Shown one piece after another: positions 50,794 to 60,018 of a stretch of DNA of 64,000 nucleotides (position 1 is its first letter; every line of letters starts with the position of its first letter). Origin of the DNA: a virus (taxonomy: Duplodnaviria; Caudoviricetes); IMG/VR virus record IMGVR_UViG_3300022671_000005, positions 32,001 through 96,000 of that record; one strand, given 5' to 3'. The notes under the pieces are model-generated. The model was given only the letters and a program-made list of their open reading frames with translations, had not been told where the DNA came from and did no database searches. The position numbers were made by a program, and so were the translations under genes.

Positions 50794-51885
50794 TTACATC
50801 TCGTACTGTTTTGCAACAGTGAGGAGAATTTTAGTATAGTCATTTGCATAAGAGCCGATAGTGCGAAGGGTTTTACCAGCAAGCTTACGATTAGCTTTGA
50901 TTTCTTTAGCTTTATCTTTTGAACCTTCTTCGTCTTCCTTTGAAACTTTCTTGGCAGCTTCTTTGAGTTTCTTTTCGATACTCTTAGCTTCAATCATAAC
51001 TTGAACAAGCTCTGTAGTTACTTTAGAAGCACCAACAATAGCAGCTTTGTTCCAACCAGCACGTTCCAACGTCATTTTGGAAATCCAACCGAAGTCAGAC
51101 AGAACATACTTTTTACCATTCCAAACGAAACCAGCTTTCTTCATAAGGTCAGTAACCTTTTTAGCTGCATCATTGTCAAACTCTTCCAAATTGTCAAACA
51201 TGGATTTCAATGCTTCCTTACTAGAACCCATGACATCCATGTAAGCTTTAGAAGTGACAAGCATCATTTTCTTGTCGGTATTTTTCGGCTGATCACGAAG
51301 ACCTTTGCCAACAATTTCTTTAATCTTAGAAGCACGTGCTTCTATAGAATTCAGAACTACAACAAGGTAAGCAATGGCTGCCAAGTATATAGCGATAGCC
51401 ACTGCTATAAAGAATACTTCTTCTGAAACTTCGGTTTTGTCTAATTCGAGTGTAGCTACAGCTTCATCAAACTCTTTCTTTTCAACTTTCTCAATAAGAG
51501 TGGCGATCTGCTCAGCAGCTACCTTAGTATTGGTAACATCAATACCAACTTGTGCAAGGGCTTCACTGTAGTGATTCAAGAGACTCTTATCGTCTTCGAG
51601 TTCAACCTTAAGAAGGCTTTCACGAATGCTTGAGATTTCTTCAATCTGTTCCATCTTTTCAAAAGTAGTGATAAGAACATTATCTGCACTTTGAATCTGA
51701 AGAGCAAGAGCATCCATATCAGCTTCATCTAATTTGGATTTAGATTCCACAATCTCTGCAATCTTAGCTTTAGTAGATTCGATGGAAGCTTCCAATTCAG
51801 CAACAGCTGCTTTCTGTTCTTCTGAAAGAACAATTGCATTTTCATCTTTGAGGGATTCTAGACTTTCAAAACTAATAGTAGTCAT
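50794..51885 (-). CDS. Internal head protein with acidic propeptide
   Basis: Acidic N-terminal half with S/A-x-E motifs (SFE, SLE, SIE, AAE, SEE); basic C-terminal half. Confidence 0.6.
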   Translation of the reverse strand: MTTISFESLESLKDENAIVLSEEQKAAVAELEASIESTKAKIAEIVESKSKLDEADMDALALQIQSADNVLITTFEKMEQIEEISSIRESLLKVELEDDKSLLNHYSEALAQVGIDVTNTKVAAEQIATLIEKVEKKEFDEAVATLELDKTEVSEEVFFIAVAIAIYLAAIAYLVVVLNSIEARASKIKEIVGKGLRDQPKNTDKKMMLVTSKAYMDVMGSSKEALKSMFDNLEEFDNDAAKKVTDLMKKAGFVWNGKKYVLSDFGWISKMTLERAGWNKAAIVGASKVTTELVQVMIEAKSIEKKLKEAAKKVSKEDEEGSKDKAKEIKANRKLAGKTLRTIGSYANDYTKILLTVAKQYEM

Positions 51886-51924
51886 TTTAGTTTTTCCTTT
51901 TTTGTTTTTTAAGAAAAGTTATTT

Positions 51925-52734
51925 TTATAACATGTATTTAAGTAAGGGTCCAACTCTTTGAAGATCCATCATGTTACCATTGACAAACTTGTTCAACTTC
52001 TCACGATACTCTTCATTCAAATCAGACCAGGGTTCGATTATCTGTCTTACGGACGCTATATCCATACCATACTCCACATAACTCCTATCGAGTTGAATGA
52101 TAAGTTGATTATAGATATACATCTTAGTGGCAAGCACACATAACTCAGCGAATGCATCTATAGATGATCCATTGAGACTGTTCATCGCTTCATCGTATGC
52201 AACTTGACATACCAGGACCCAATCAATTTGAGTATGACCACCTGGATGTAACCTAACCAAATCACCACTCAACAGCTCAGGTGTTGGTGTAGGAGGGACA
52301 CCACCTCCAGTTCTAGAGTGTATAAGCTCTTGTGTATAAGCACATATTGTTGCACCTTGCACTGTTGTAGATGGATGACCACCTGAGTTAGGCAAGGGGA
52401 ACATAACTCTATGAACTTCTGTGATATCACAAAAGTCTCTCTTATCTGGAGGTATCCGATAAATGGAATAAGATCCTGTACCAGAATTCATCTGAGAAGT
52501 AGTTTGCACTATCTGCTCTAGCATGGGTCCAGTTAATGAGACTTGTATGGTTTTACCACCAAGTAAATTACAATCCTTTCTTACACGAGAGTTTATAACT
52601 CTATCTACAATTTGTTGATCTGTAGATATGTTATTCCAAACGTGCTGCTGTATAGGCACAAAAGCTAATTGTAATATCTGAGGTGGAATCATGTGTTTGA
52701 TCCGCATTAGCGAGATCGGAATAGCTTGACTCAT
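51925..52734 (-). CDS. Conserved phiKZ-like protein, probably structural
   Basis: IPPQILQLAF, RVRKDCNLLGG, LATKMYIYN; RBS gagg. Confidence 0.65.
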   Translation of the reverse strand: MSQAIPISLMRIKHMIPPQILQLAFVPIQQHVWNNISTDQQIVDRVINSRVRKDCNLLGGKTIQVSLTGPMLEQIVQTTSQMNSGTGSYSIYRIPPDKRDFCDITEVHRVMFPLPNSGGHPSTTVQGATICAYTQELIHSRTGGGVPPTPTPELLSGDLVRLHPGGHTQIDWVLVCQVAYDEAMNSLNGSSIDAFAELCVLATKMYIYNQLIIQLDRSYVEYGMDIASVRQIIEPWSDLNEEYREKLNKFVNGNMMDLQRVGPLLKYML

Positions 52735-52815
52735 AGTAAGTATACCTCTTATTAGATATTAATCATTCATAAAATGTCTCACTACGAGTCCTTTCATCCG
52801 TAAGATAGAATTAAT

Positions 52816-53835
52816 TTATTTGGAAACATCCTGCAGAGCAATAAGTGTTTGTACTGCATACTGACGAAGGATAGCTTCGCCTTCAATGAATCCCGTGAAA
52901 AGACTATTTACAGAATTATTGTAGAGATTATAAATAGCTTCTTGTTCTCCGAAAGGAAGATTCATGAGAGCCTTGATGATCTCTTCATACTGCTTGTTGA
53001 ATTCGTTTCCAATCTTCTCATTACCAAATGAAGAATTGATAACCATTTCACCAAACTTTACAAGATCTTTAACATTGGCAACACCAGACTCTTCAATAGT
53101 CATTGGTTCAGGAGATTGAGATTCATCTGCCTTATAAGTATGCCAGTCGAAATAGTATTTGATAAGACACTTGGGATCATCCAACTTATAACTTTCAATA
53201 AGTTTAGTTTGATCTGCTGTCCACATCTCAAAGATGCTCTTATCACTTTCGTGTCTTGGAATAGAAACTGCTTTTAAGAAGATCTTTTCAATGGCAGCCA
53301 TTGTAGTCTCCATATTCATATAACCATATGCAACAATCTTCTTATTGGTTATGGCTACATCATCTCCAACCTTCTTTGCAGAATCGACTGAACGTATAAG
53401 CTTTTGTCTGATCTTTGAATCAGCTTTCATTGCTTTTGTCCAACCATTCTTCCAACGAGCTTTTAGATTGGAAGCTTTCTCTTTGATATAATCAATGATA
53501 CCTTCAGTAGACTCTTCGATCTCTGCAAGTGTAGCTTCAGCATCTTTAGATTTGAAAGATTTAGCGATCTTGTCAAGATTGTCACCAACCTGTGAAAGGA
53601 GCAAATCATCAATTCCATAACTCTCGATAGCGGTTTTAACTTCCTGCAATTCAGAGAAGCTTGCAATGAGAGCTTTAAACTCATCAACACCTTCTTGAAT
53701 TTCAGACAGACCAGAGTTACACTCGTGAGAGATAACATCCAATCCTTCTTCAACGTCGTTAGTTTCTTCAACAACGACATTCTTCGGTTCTTCCTCTGTT
53801 TCCAGAGCCGAAGCAAGTAGATCAAATTTATACAT
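52816..53835 (-). CDS. Internal head protein with acidic propeptide (start corrected from 53865)
   Basis: agagga RBS before MYKF; ALE, SHE, AIE and STE-G motifs. Confidence 0.6.
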   Translation of the reverse strand: MYKFDLLASALETEEEPKNVVVEETNDVEEGLDVISHECNSGLSEIQEGVDEFKALIASFSELQEVKTAIESYGIDDLLLSQVGDNLDKIAKSFKSKDAEATLAEIEESTEGIIDYIKEKASNLKARWKNGWTKAMKADSKIRQKLIRSVDSAKKVGDDVAITNKKIVAYGYMNMETTMAAIEKIFLKAVSIPRHESDKSIFEMWTADQTKLIESYKLDDPKCLIKYYFDWHTYKADESQSPEPMTIEESGVANVKDLVKFGEMVINSSFGNEKIGNEFNKQYEEIIKALMNLPFGEQEAIYNLYNNSVNSLFTGFIEGEAILRQYAVQTLIALQDVSK

Positions 53836-53910
53836 TTGACTTCCTCTTTTTGTTAATATTAACATTTGTACGCATATAGATTAAGAACGTACGTGGTACC
53901 TATACAATAT

Positions 53911-53946
53911 CTTACTGTTACTACCGTTTAAGGTAGTAACAGTAAG
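53911..53946. terminator. Inverted repeat, 15-bp stem
   Basis: cttactgttactacc-gtttaa-ggtagtaacagtaag. Confidence 0.7.
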
Positions 53947-53954
53947 TGTATAAA

Positions 53955-54659
53955 TTATTCAGGTTGATTTTTAGATAATATCTTCAACATCTTAAGTTGT
54001 TGATTACCTAAATCTAATGCTATTTCACCGAACTCATCTATGGCCTTTATGGAGAAGCTGTAGGCTATCTTAACCCAATTATCATCTTCTTCCGCTTTAG
54101 ACATTGTTCGTTCAATATCTTTCCTTAGATTATCCAGATAGGTACTAGACAATATATCCTTGATAACATTAAGATCTTCCACCATTCCCCTAACAGAGAA
54201 ACCATGATCTTTTAATGTCTCTCTAGATCTATCTACAGCTTCAGGATCTTTCTTCAACTTAAAGATATCATTTTTCTTACCTAGATATCTTGCAACATTA
54301 TCAGCCATCTTAGTTGCACTATCAATCTTGTCAGCTTCAAGTTGATTAACAACACTTCTTACTTCTTTAGCAGCAGCTACAAAGTTAGTTGCTAGGTTAT
54401 GAAAACGTTCTCTTGGATACCCATAAATAGTATATTCTAAGACTTTATTTGAATCAACATCTGTTGATAAATTATTAAAAGCATTTATCTGATCTAAGAT
54501 CTTACCATTGGAAGAATTAATCTTACTAAGAAAGTCTACAACCTTAGATGCAAAATCTTTTACTAACTCAGCTACATCAATAGCCTCAGTAGTTATTTCC
54601 ATATGTTCGACTTGAACATCATCTAGTGCTTTTTCAAGTTTCTTTAAATCAATATTCAT
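53955..54659 (-). CDS. Hypothetical helical protein, possible head protein
   Basis: ggag RBS; short acidic N-terminus ending ITTE. Confidence 0.65.
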   Translation of the reverse strand: MNIDLKKLEKALDDVQVEHMEITTEAIDVAELVKDFASKVVDFLSKINSSNGKILDQINAFNNLSTDVDSNKVLEYTIYGYPRERFHNLATNFVAAAKEVRSVVNQLEADKIDSATKMADNVARYLGKKNDIFKLKKDPEAVDRSRETLKDHGFSVRGMVEDLNVIKDILSSTYLDNLRKDIERTMSKAEEDDNWVKIAYSFSIKAIDEFGEIALDLGNQQLKMLKILSKNQPE

Positions 54660-54695
54660 ATCGGCTCCATCATGTATGTTTACATATAATGGGGA

Positions 54696-57245
54696 TTAGG
54701 TTATAGTCACACCTTCATTGTAAGATGTTGGAACTGCTATACCTTCAGGATTAAGACACACTACTTGACTGTTAGCAAATGAAGTAAATAATGAACTAAA
54801 ATGATTTACTAATATAAGTTGTCTTATTAACCCCTGTCTTATAAGCATGGATAGTAAAGTTAGTAGATTGCCTCTATGTGTAGCTGCAAATCCACTATCT
54901 ACTTCATCCAACTTCATTGGGAACTTATTACACAAACTCATATGTACACATAGTGCCAAGGTAAAAGCGAGATTTAACATCTCTTGTTCACCTTTAGAAC
55001 ACATTGATAAATCTTTAACTCCACTTTTATTATGTAAAGTTATTGGGAAATTGAAATCTAAAGTTTTATCTTCAGACAATTCCTTGAAGCTAAGATCATA
55101 ATTCCAAACAATAGATATATATTCATTAGCTGTTCGGAAAATGGAATTAATAAATCTAGTCATATAGATATGTGGTATTCCAGTATTAGGAGATAACGCA
55201 GCTTCCAACATATCCAGATTAGATTTATCGTTACGAAGCTTTTTAAGATTGGGATTGATCTCTTCATTCAACCTTATTCTAAGATGTGATTGTTCTTTCA
55301 ATGTTGAAGCAATACCAGACTGTTTATTGGAAGCAGCTTGCTTATACTCTTTTAAAGAACCTATCAAACCTTGTAGATAAGATATTCTCTGAGTTATAGA
55401 ATCAGAATTTACTCTAGCCATTGTTTCATCAGCAAAGTCCTTGAAACTACTTCGTATTTTAGATAACTTTTTATAGTTTACTAATTGTTTATCAAGCACC
55501 TTGTACTCTCTGTCAAATACTTTGAATTTATCTTGTAACTCTTTTAACTCAGAACGTTTGCCTACAAGACCTTTTGATATCAATTGTTTTGTTGGGAGCT
55601 TATTCTCCAACAACACCTTCAATCTATACTTAACAGATTTAAGGTCTTTTTGAATCTTTTCAACATTAGCAATGGCCCTTGAGTTAGCATACACCCTAGC
55701 AATAGTGTTATACACTTTAGATGCATTATCACTCAATGAATCAATAAATGCGTCTAACGAATCTGATATACATGCACACCAACTATTGGCATTGTAGAAA
55801 TTCTCCATGTACTGGATAGATCCTAACAATTGTCTAGAAGGCGATATTTCAGTAATAAGATTATTTTTCTTATCACGCAATGTCTCTAATGATTTTTCAT
55901 GAACTCTGATAGTTCTTTCTAAATCTAATAACTCTTTTTCCAATCCAGATATAGTGTAATCAAAATTAGTTCTTAAAGGACATTTCAAATTGCACGACTT
56001 ATCAGGAGTCAACACCTTTTGTTTTTTAATCTTGTCCCTTATGAGATTAGCATTCTTCTTAAGTCTATCTACATCTGATGCTAAACTAGCACCTTCACGA
56101 TTTATATTGACAAGATCAGATTCCCTTTCTGATATAACTCTAGATGGTAATATCCTTGACTCACAACTAAATAAAGCAGTTATGTGTTCATTCATATTTA
56201 TCAATATAGTGTCGTGATCATTCGGTAGATTTATAACTGGGAGATTAGTATCAATTTTGATTTCATTACAGGTGTCTTCTAAACCCTGTATCTCCAACCT
56301 AGTCTTTTTAATCTCTGAGTCAATATCGTCATTATCCAAGTCTTCATACTCATCTATTTCTTTTATGAGTTTCTTTATCTGAGTATTTAAGTCATTAAGA
56401 GTAGACTCTCTCATAGTCATAGAAGACTCTATAATACCAACTTTAGAAATAACATCTGGAGTACCAAACATTATATCATTTGGTATGGATCTAAGATCTT
56501 TCTTGAGAATCTCAGTTCTAATATCAAACTCTTCTTTATCAAAATCTTTTAAATCAGGATTGTAGTCATCGTGTTGTTTTAATAACTCGATATCCTGGTT
56601 CAATCTATACATCCATGAATCAATATTAGCTTGGAATTCAACAAGTTCTTTATCAAGCTTAGTTAGTGACTTGTACTCTTCTTCATCCATCAACTTATCG
56701 GTAACTTCTTGAAGTCTGACCTTCATCATTTTAATATTGGACTTTATCGATCTGAGTTTGGATGATACTTTTTTATGGTAATTCAAAACGAAAGTTAGAT
56801 CTGATGGGTAACATGCAAGCAATATATCTTTTCTAGCAGCTCTAGTCGTTGCAGACAAATTCATATTACCGCTAGTAAGATCCCTAACAAGATTATTCAT
56901 ACCAAAATGAGATTCACATAGACTGATTTGTGCTGTACTATTTTCAGATAGATTTAGATTTTCACCATTAAAAATAAATTTATGTATACCTTTAGATTTT
57001 GTAAATTCGGATCTCAATATGTACTCATTACCTTCATGAGAAACATATAGCTCTTTATAACCTTCATCTTCAAAGTCTGAACTCTGTGGTGGGAACACTG
57101 TCATCATTCTTAAGACACTAGATTTACCACTACCATTATTACCTATAATGGGAATAACTGATGACAGCATATCTATAGATAATGTTGTAGTATCACTATG
57201 AAGTAATGGAATGTATTTGTGTAAAATCAACTTTTCAAATTTCAT
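54696..57245 (-). CDS. sbcC: SbcC/Rad50-like SMC ATPase
   Basis: Walker A GNNGSGKS, long coiled coils, central CNLKC hook-like motif, signature CSKGE, Walker B LDEVD, H-loop VNH. Confidence 0.88.
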   Translation of the reverse strand: MKFEKLILHKYIPLLHSDTTTLSIDMLSSVIPIIGNNGSGKSSVLRMMTVFPPQSSDFEDEGYKELYVSHEGNEYILRSEFTKSKGIHKFIFNGENLNLSENSTAQISLCESHFGMNNLVRDLTSGNMNLSATTRAARKDILLACYPSDLTFVLNYHKKVSSKLRSIKSNIKMMKVRLQEVTDKLMDEEEYKSLTKLDKELVEFQANIDSWMYRLNQDIELLKQHDDYNPDLKDFDKEEFDIRTEILKKDLRSIPNDIMFGTPDVISKVGIIESSMTMRESTLNDLNTQIKKLIKEIDEYEDLDNDDIDSEIKKTRLEIQGLEDTCNEIKIDTNLPVINLPNDHDTILINMNEHITALFSCESRILPSRVISERESDLVNINREGASLASDVDRLKKNANLIRDKIKKQKVLTPDKSCNLKCPLRTNFDYTISGLEKELLDLERTIRVHEKSLETLRDKKNNLITEISPSRQLLGSIQYMENFYNANSWCACISDSLDAFIDSLSDNASKVYNTIARVYANSRAIANVEKIQKDLKSVKYRLKVLLENKLPTKQLISKGLVGKRSELKELQDKFKVFDREYKVLDKQLVNYKKLSKIRSSFKDFADETMARVNSDSITQRISYLQGLIGSLKEYKQAASNKQSGIASTLKEQSHLRIRLNEEINPNLKKLRNDKSNLDMLEAALSPNTGIPHIYMTRFINSIFRTANEYISIVWNYDLSFKELSEDKTLDFNFPITLHNKSGVKDLSMCSKGEQEMLNLAFTLALCVHMSLCNKFPMKLDEVDSGFAATHRGNLLTLLSMLIRQGLIRQLILVNHFSSLFTSFANSQVVCLNPEGIAVPTSYNEGVTIT

Positions 57246-57333
57246 TAGTATATCCTTTATATTCCTTTTTATATGATAGATTGTAAATCTACTTATTTAT
57301 GTTGATGGTTAATATTCAATATATATTCACGTA

Positions 57334-57341
57334 TATATTAC
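57334..57341 (+). promoter_or_regulatory. phiKZ-type early promoter TATATTAC
   Basis: Exact motif in an AT-rich divergent intergenic region. Confidence 0.6.
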
Positions 57342-57391
57342 TTTTGTGAATAAATAGCTAGTTTAATTTCATGTTATTTATATCACCTTGC

Positions 57392-57427
57392 ATCATCTAT
57401 ACATATTTTAAAATATGTATAGATGAT
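57392..57427. repeat. Perfect 36-bp AT-rich palindrome
   Basis: atcatctatacatatttt|aaaatatgtatagatgat; no gene end nearby. Confidence 0.8.
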
Positions 57428-57562
57428 ATTACTTTATGTGTACATGAATATTATTTTTGTTCAATATACCCAGTATACTTAAAAATAAATTGAAGGCTTT
57501 ATGTTATAGGGCATAAAGTCCTCTTACTAGTAAGAAACAACCAAACCGAAAGGAGTCCCCAA

Positions 57563-57970
57563 ATGAAAGAATTCATGGGACAAGAAGTCACCACTAAGGA
57601 GACTGACGCGAAGGACACACATCGTGTGTCTAAGAAAGGACAACACAAGATCTTTGCAGATCTTGGAGTGACTGATGAAGTACGCAAATCGTATGAAAAT
57701 GCACAAGACAAAATCATTGAGAAGGGTCTCAATGCAGTCGCTGAAGAAGCAAGGAAAAGCAAGAAGCGACAAGAGCTTATTGTTGGTACTGGCAATGGTT
57801 CCATTACCTGTACTGTCAAAGAAAAGCAAGTCAGCATTGATCCTAAAACAAAGAAACCTATTGTTAAGTATGCTGTGCCTGGTGCTCGGGTTGCTCGTAA
57901 ACTGAGTAAAGGTGTCAAAGACAAATTTGCTGAAGAACATGCAGGACTGCAGAAAGTATTTAAGTCATAA
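57563..57970 (+). CDS. Hypothetical basic protein (135 aa)
   Basis: aaggag RBS; K-rich; followed by a hairpin and T-tract. Confidence 0.8.
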   Translation: MKEFMGQEVTTKETDAKDTHRVSKKGQHKIFADLGVTDEVRKSYENAQDKIIEKGLNAVAEEARKSKKRQELIVGTGNGSITCTVKEKQVSIDPKTKKPIVKYAVPGARVARKLSKGVKDKFAEEHAGLQKVFKS

Positions 57971-57998
57971 CTGACTTAATACGATCTATAGTTATCTG

Positions 57999-58033
57999 TA
58001 CAGTGCTAGTGTCGTTACGACACTAGCACTGTA
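57999..58033 (+). terminator. Inverted repeat, 17-bp stem with T-tract
   Basis: tacagtgctagtgtcgt-t-acgacactagcactgta then gttttattttt. Confidence 0.85.
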
Positions 58034-58143
58034 GTTTTATTTTTTATTTTTTACATGACATAATATAAGAAATTGCTATTTCTACTCCCATCGTACCACA
58101 ATTATATTTAATCCAACTAGAACCCACACATGGGAGAGTATAT

Positions 58144-58749
58144 ATGTCTCGTGCGACAATAGTTCGTCAACTTAATATAGATCCAGCATTATCACATCTT
58201 GGCTGGTCTATAACTGATTATAATGTAGAACAAGGTGTGATGTCAGTATATAGATTTGGAACATTGGAAGCCACTAGGATAGTTAGTAAAGTGGCATTTA
58301 AGGAAGAAGTTGAAATGTACACTAAAAGAATGGTTACCTTAAAAATGATAAGGGATCATTTCAAACTTCTAATGGGTGAATTTAAACCCGATTTTGTAAC
58401 ATCAGAAGATGCATTTATGTATATGAGAAGACCTACGGCATTCTCTGCATTAATACAATGTATATCTACTATTGAATTCTTTCTAATGAATGAGTATAAA
58501 AAGAAGTTGTATAGAGTTGCTCCTAAAGCTGCTAAACATTGTTTAACAGGATCAGGCTCTGTGGGTAAAGACCCTATACAACAAACTATTTTTACTAAGG
58601 ATGATATAGTTTTTAAACAAAGAAAGCAAGCTGAAAAGCTAGGTGAACATGAAGCTGATAGTATATCTGTAGGTTATTTCTTTTGTAAGAATATACTTCC
58701 TGGTATAATCGCTCAACCTCAATTGATTAAAGAAAAAATCAAAAATTAA
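58144..58749 (+). CDS. ruvC: RuvC-like Holliday junction resolvase
   Basis: NIDPALSHLGWS, PDFVTSED, P..AKHCLTGSG...K, HEADSI. Confidence 0.85.
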   Translation: MSRATIVRQLNIDPALSHLGWSITDYNVEQGVMSVYRFGTLEATRIVSKVAFKEEVEMYTKRMVTLKMIRDHFKLLMGEFKPDFVTSEDAFMYMRRPTAFSALIQCISTIEFFLMNEYKKKLYRVAPKAAKHCLTGSGSVGKDPIQQTIFTKDDIVFKQRKQAEKLGEHEADSISVGYFFCKNILPGIIAQPQLIKEKIKN

Positions 58750-58762
58750 ATAAGGACCTACC

Positions 58763-58966
58763 ATGGTAGAAGTTCCAATATATACAGATACTGATAATCC
58801 AGAGATTTGTGACAATTGTAGAAACAGAAATGATCATGGGACACTGAGCCCATGCTTGAACACATCTACAAATTGTACTATGATGGTTTGTAAAAAATGT
58901 TTAGATGAAAATGATAATCTCATTCCAGTAGAAGAATGCTTCCCATCTAACGATGTTGTGATGTGA
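58763..58966 (+). CDS. Small Cys-rich protein, putative Zn-binding
   Basis: aagga RBS; CDNC and CKKC motifs plus three further Cys. Confidence 0.65.
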   Translation: MVEVPIYTDTDNPEICDNCRNRNDHGTLSPCLNTSTNCTMMVCKKCLDENDNLIPVEECFPSNDVVM

Positions 58967-58982
58967 TATTACTACGTTTTAC

Positions 58983-59014
58983 AGTACAGTACAGTCCATG
59001 GACTGTACTGTACT
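58983..59014. terminator. Perfect 32-bp palindrome
   Basis: agtacagtacagtcca|tggactgtactgtact. Confidence 0.75.
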
Positions 59015-59042
59015 TACTATGTAGTTCTTTATTTTTCATGTA

Positions 59043-59050
59043 TATATTAC
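59043..59050 (+). promoter_or_regulatory. phiKZ-type early promoter TATATTAC
   Basis: Exact motif upstream of the small-ORF cluster. Confidence 0.7.
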
Positions 59051-59096
59051 TAATGTGAACTGTGGTAAAACAAACAATCTCAAAAGGAGAATTATC

Positions 59097-59240
59097 ATGA
59101 ATGTGATAGTAACTGTTGTATGTGATATTGTCGGTCTCATCATTGGTGAACGTGCCTACTAGACAAGCAAACGTCAAGTCATTGAGAAGGCTGCTGTTAA
59201 GGTAAATCAAACAAACAAAACCGTAACATTCAATCTGTAA
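59097..59240 (+). pseudogene. Small early ORF interrupted by an in-frame TAG (59160-59162), or a 21-aa peptide
   Basis: aaggag RBS; MNVIVTVVCDIVGLIIGERAY*TSKRQVIEKAAVKVNQTNKTVTFNL*. Confidence 0.45.
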
Positions 59241-59253
59241 GGATATTAAAACA

Positions 59254-59562
59254 ATGGATGTAGATGAAAGAACTTTTATTGAGGACGCCAAGAACTTCCT
59301 TGGTGTTGTAACAGATTTGATGGAATCTAAACGTGAACCTCGAACTCGACGTTTCGATAGTGGCATGGTCGTAGATAAATATACGATTGATGGAGCAGAA
59401 TATTATGTTGTCAGCTTGAATGGTAATCAAATGTTCTCGATCAAACAAGGCGACTTGAAGTGGGTTGCTAGAGATAATGAAGGTAATACTGTTGCAAGCA
59501 GTAGATATCGTCACGACGTGTTTGATGACTTGAATAGGTTGATAAAAGAATTTGAGGATTAA
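59254..59562 (+). CDS. Small hypothetical early protein
   Basis: aagga RBS; 102 aa. Confidence 0.75.
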   Translation: MDVDERTFIEDAKNFLGVVTDLMESKREPRTRRFDSGMVVDKYTIDGAEYYVVSLNGNQMFSIKQGDLKWVARDNEGNTVASSRYRHDVFDDLNRLIKEFED

Positions 59563-59566
59563 AATT

Positions 59567-59848
59567 ATGTTAGGATTAAAAGTATTGTCATTTACTTTAG
59601 GTGACTTTTTAGTTACCAAAAAGTATGGCAGAGAAAACCGAACAAATTGGTACGAGATATCTGAACCTACTTCAAGTATTGGAGCAAAATATCTTGTAAT
59701 TCAAGACTCTAATGGGACATGGTGTCTAAAAACACCAAGTGGTCTTATCTTAGAGACTTCCCTAAAACATCATGTTTTATTCGACAGGTTTAGACCTAAA
59801 GAAGAAAAAGAAATCAAACTTGAAGAGGAGTGCGGAAATGTCGAATAA
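59567..59848 (+). CDS. Small hypothetical early protein
   Basis: gagga RBS before ATG 59567. Confidence 0.7.
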   Translation: MLGLKVLSFTLGDFLVTKKYGRENRTNWYEISEPTSSIGAKYLVIQDSNGTWCLKTPSGLILETSLKHHVLFDRFRPKEEKEIKLEEECGNVE

Positions 59849-59996
59849 TTTATCACCAGAAGAAATAATCGTAAACATTCTTTGTGAATATTTTAAAGTG
59901 GCATTAATATCCCACCTTGGATTGTTCCGTGGATTGTGTTACGTTCGAGTAACCGACAACAAATCGTATCACTGTATCGTGAATTGGTATAAATAA
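59838..59996 (+). CDS. Small hypothetical protein (52 aa)
   Basis: gaggag RBS before ATG 59838. Confidence 0.55.
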   Translation: MSNNLSPEEIIVNILCEYFKVALISHLGLFRGLCYVRVTDNKSYHCIVNWYK

Positions 59997-60018
59997 GAAA
60001 GTATAAGGAGGCAAATAA

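Noticed and set aside
57499-57940. Minus-strand ORFs of 137-141 aa
   Set aside because: Antisense to 57563..57970, which has the RBS and terminator
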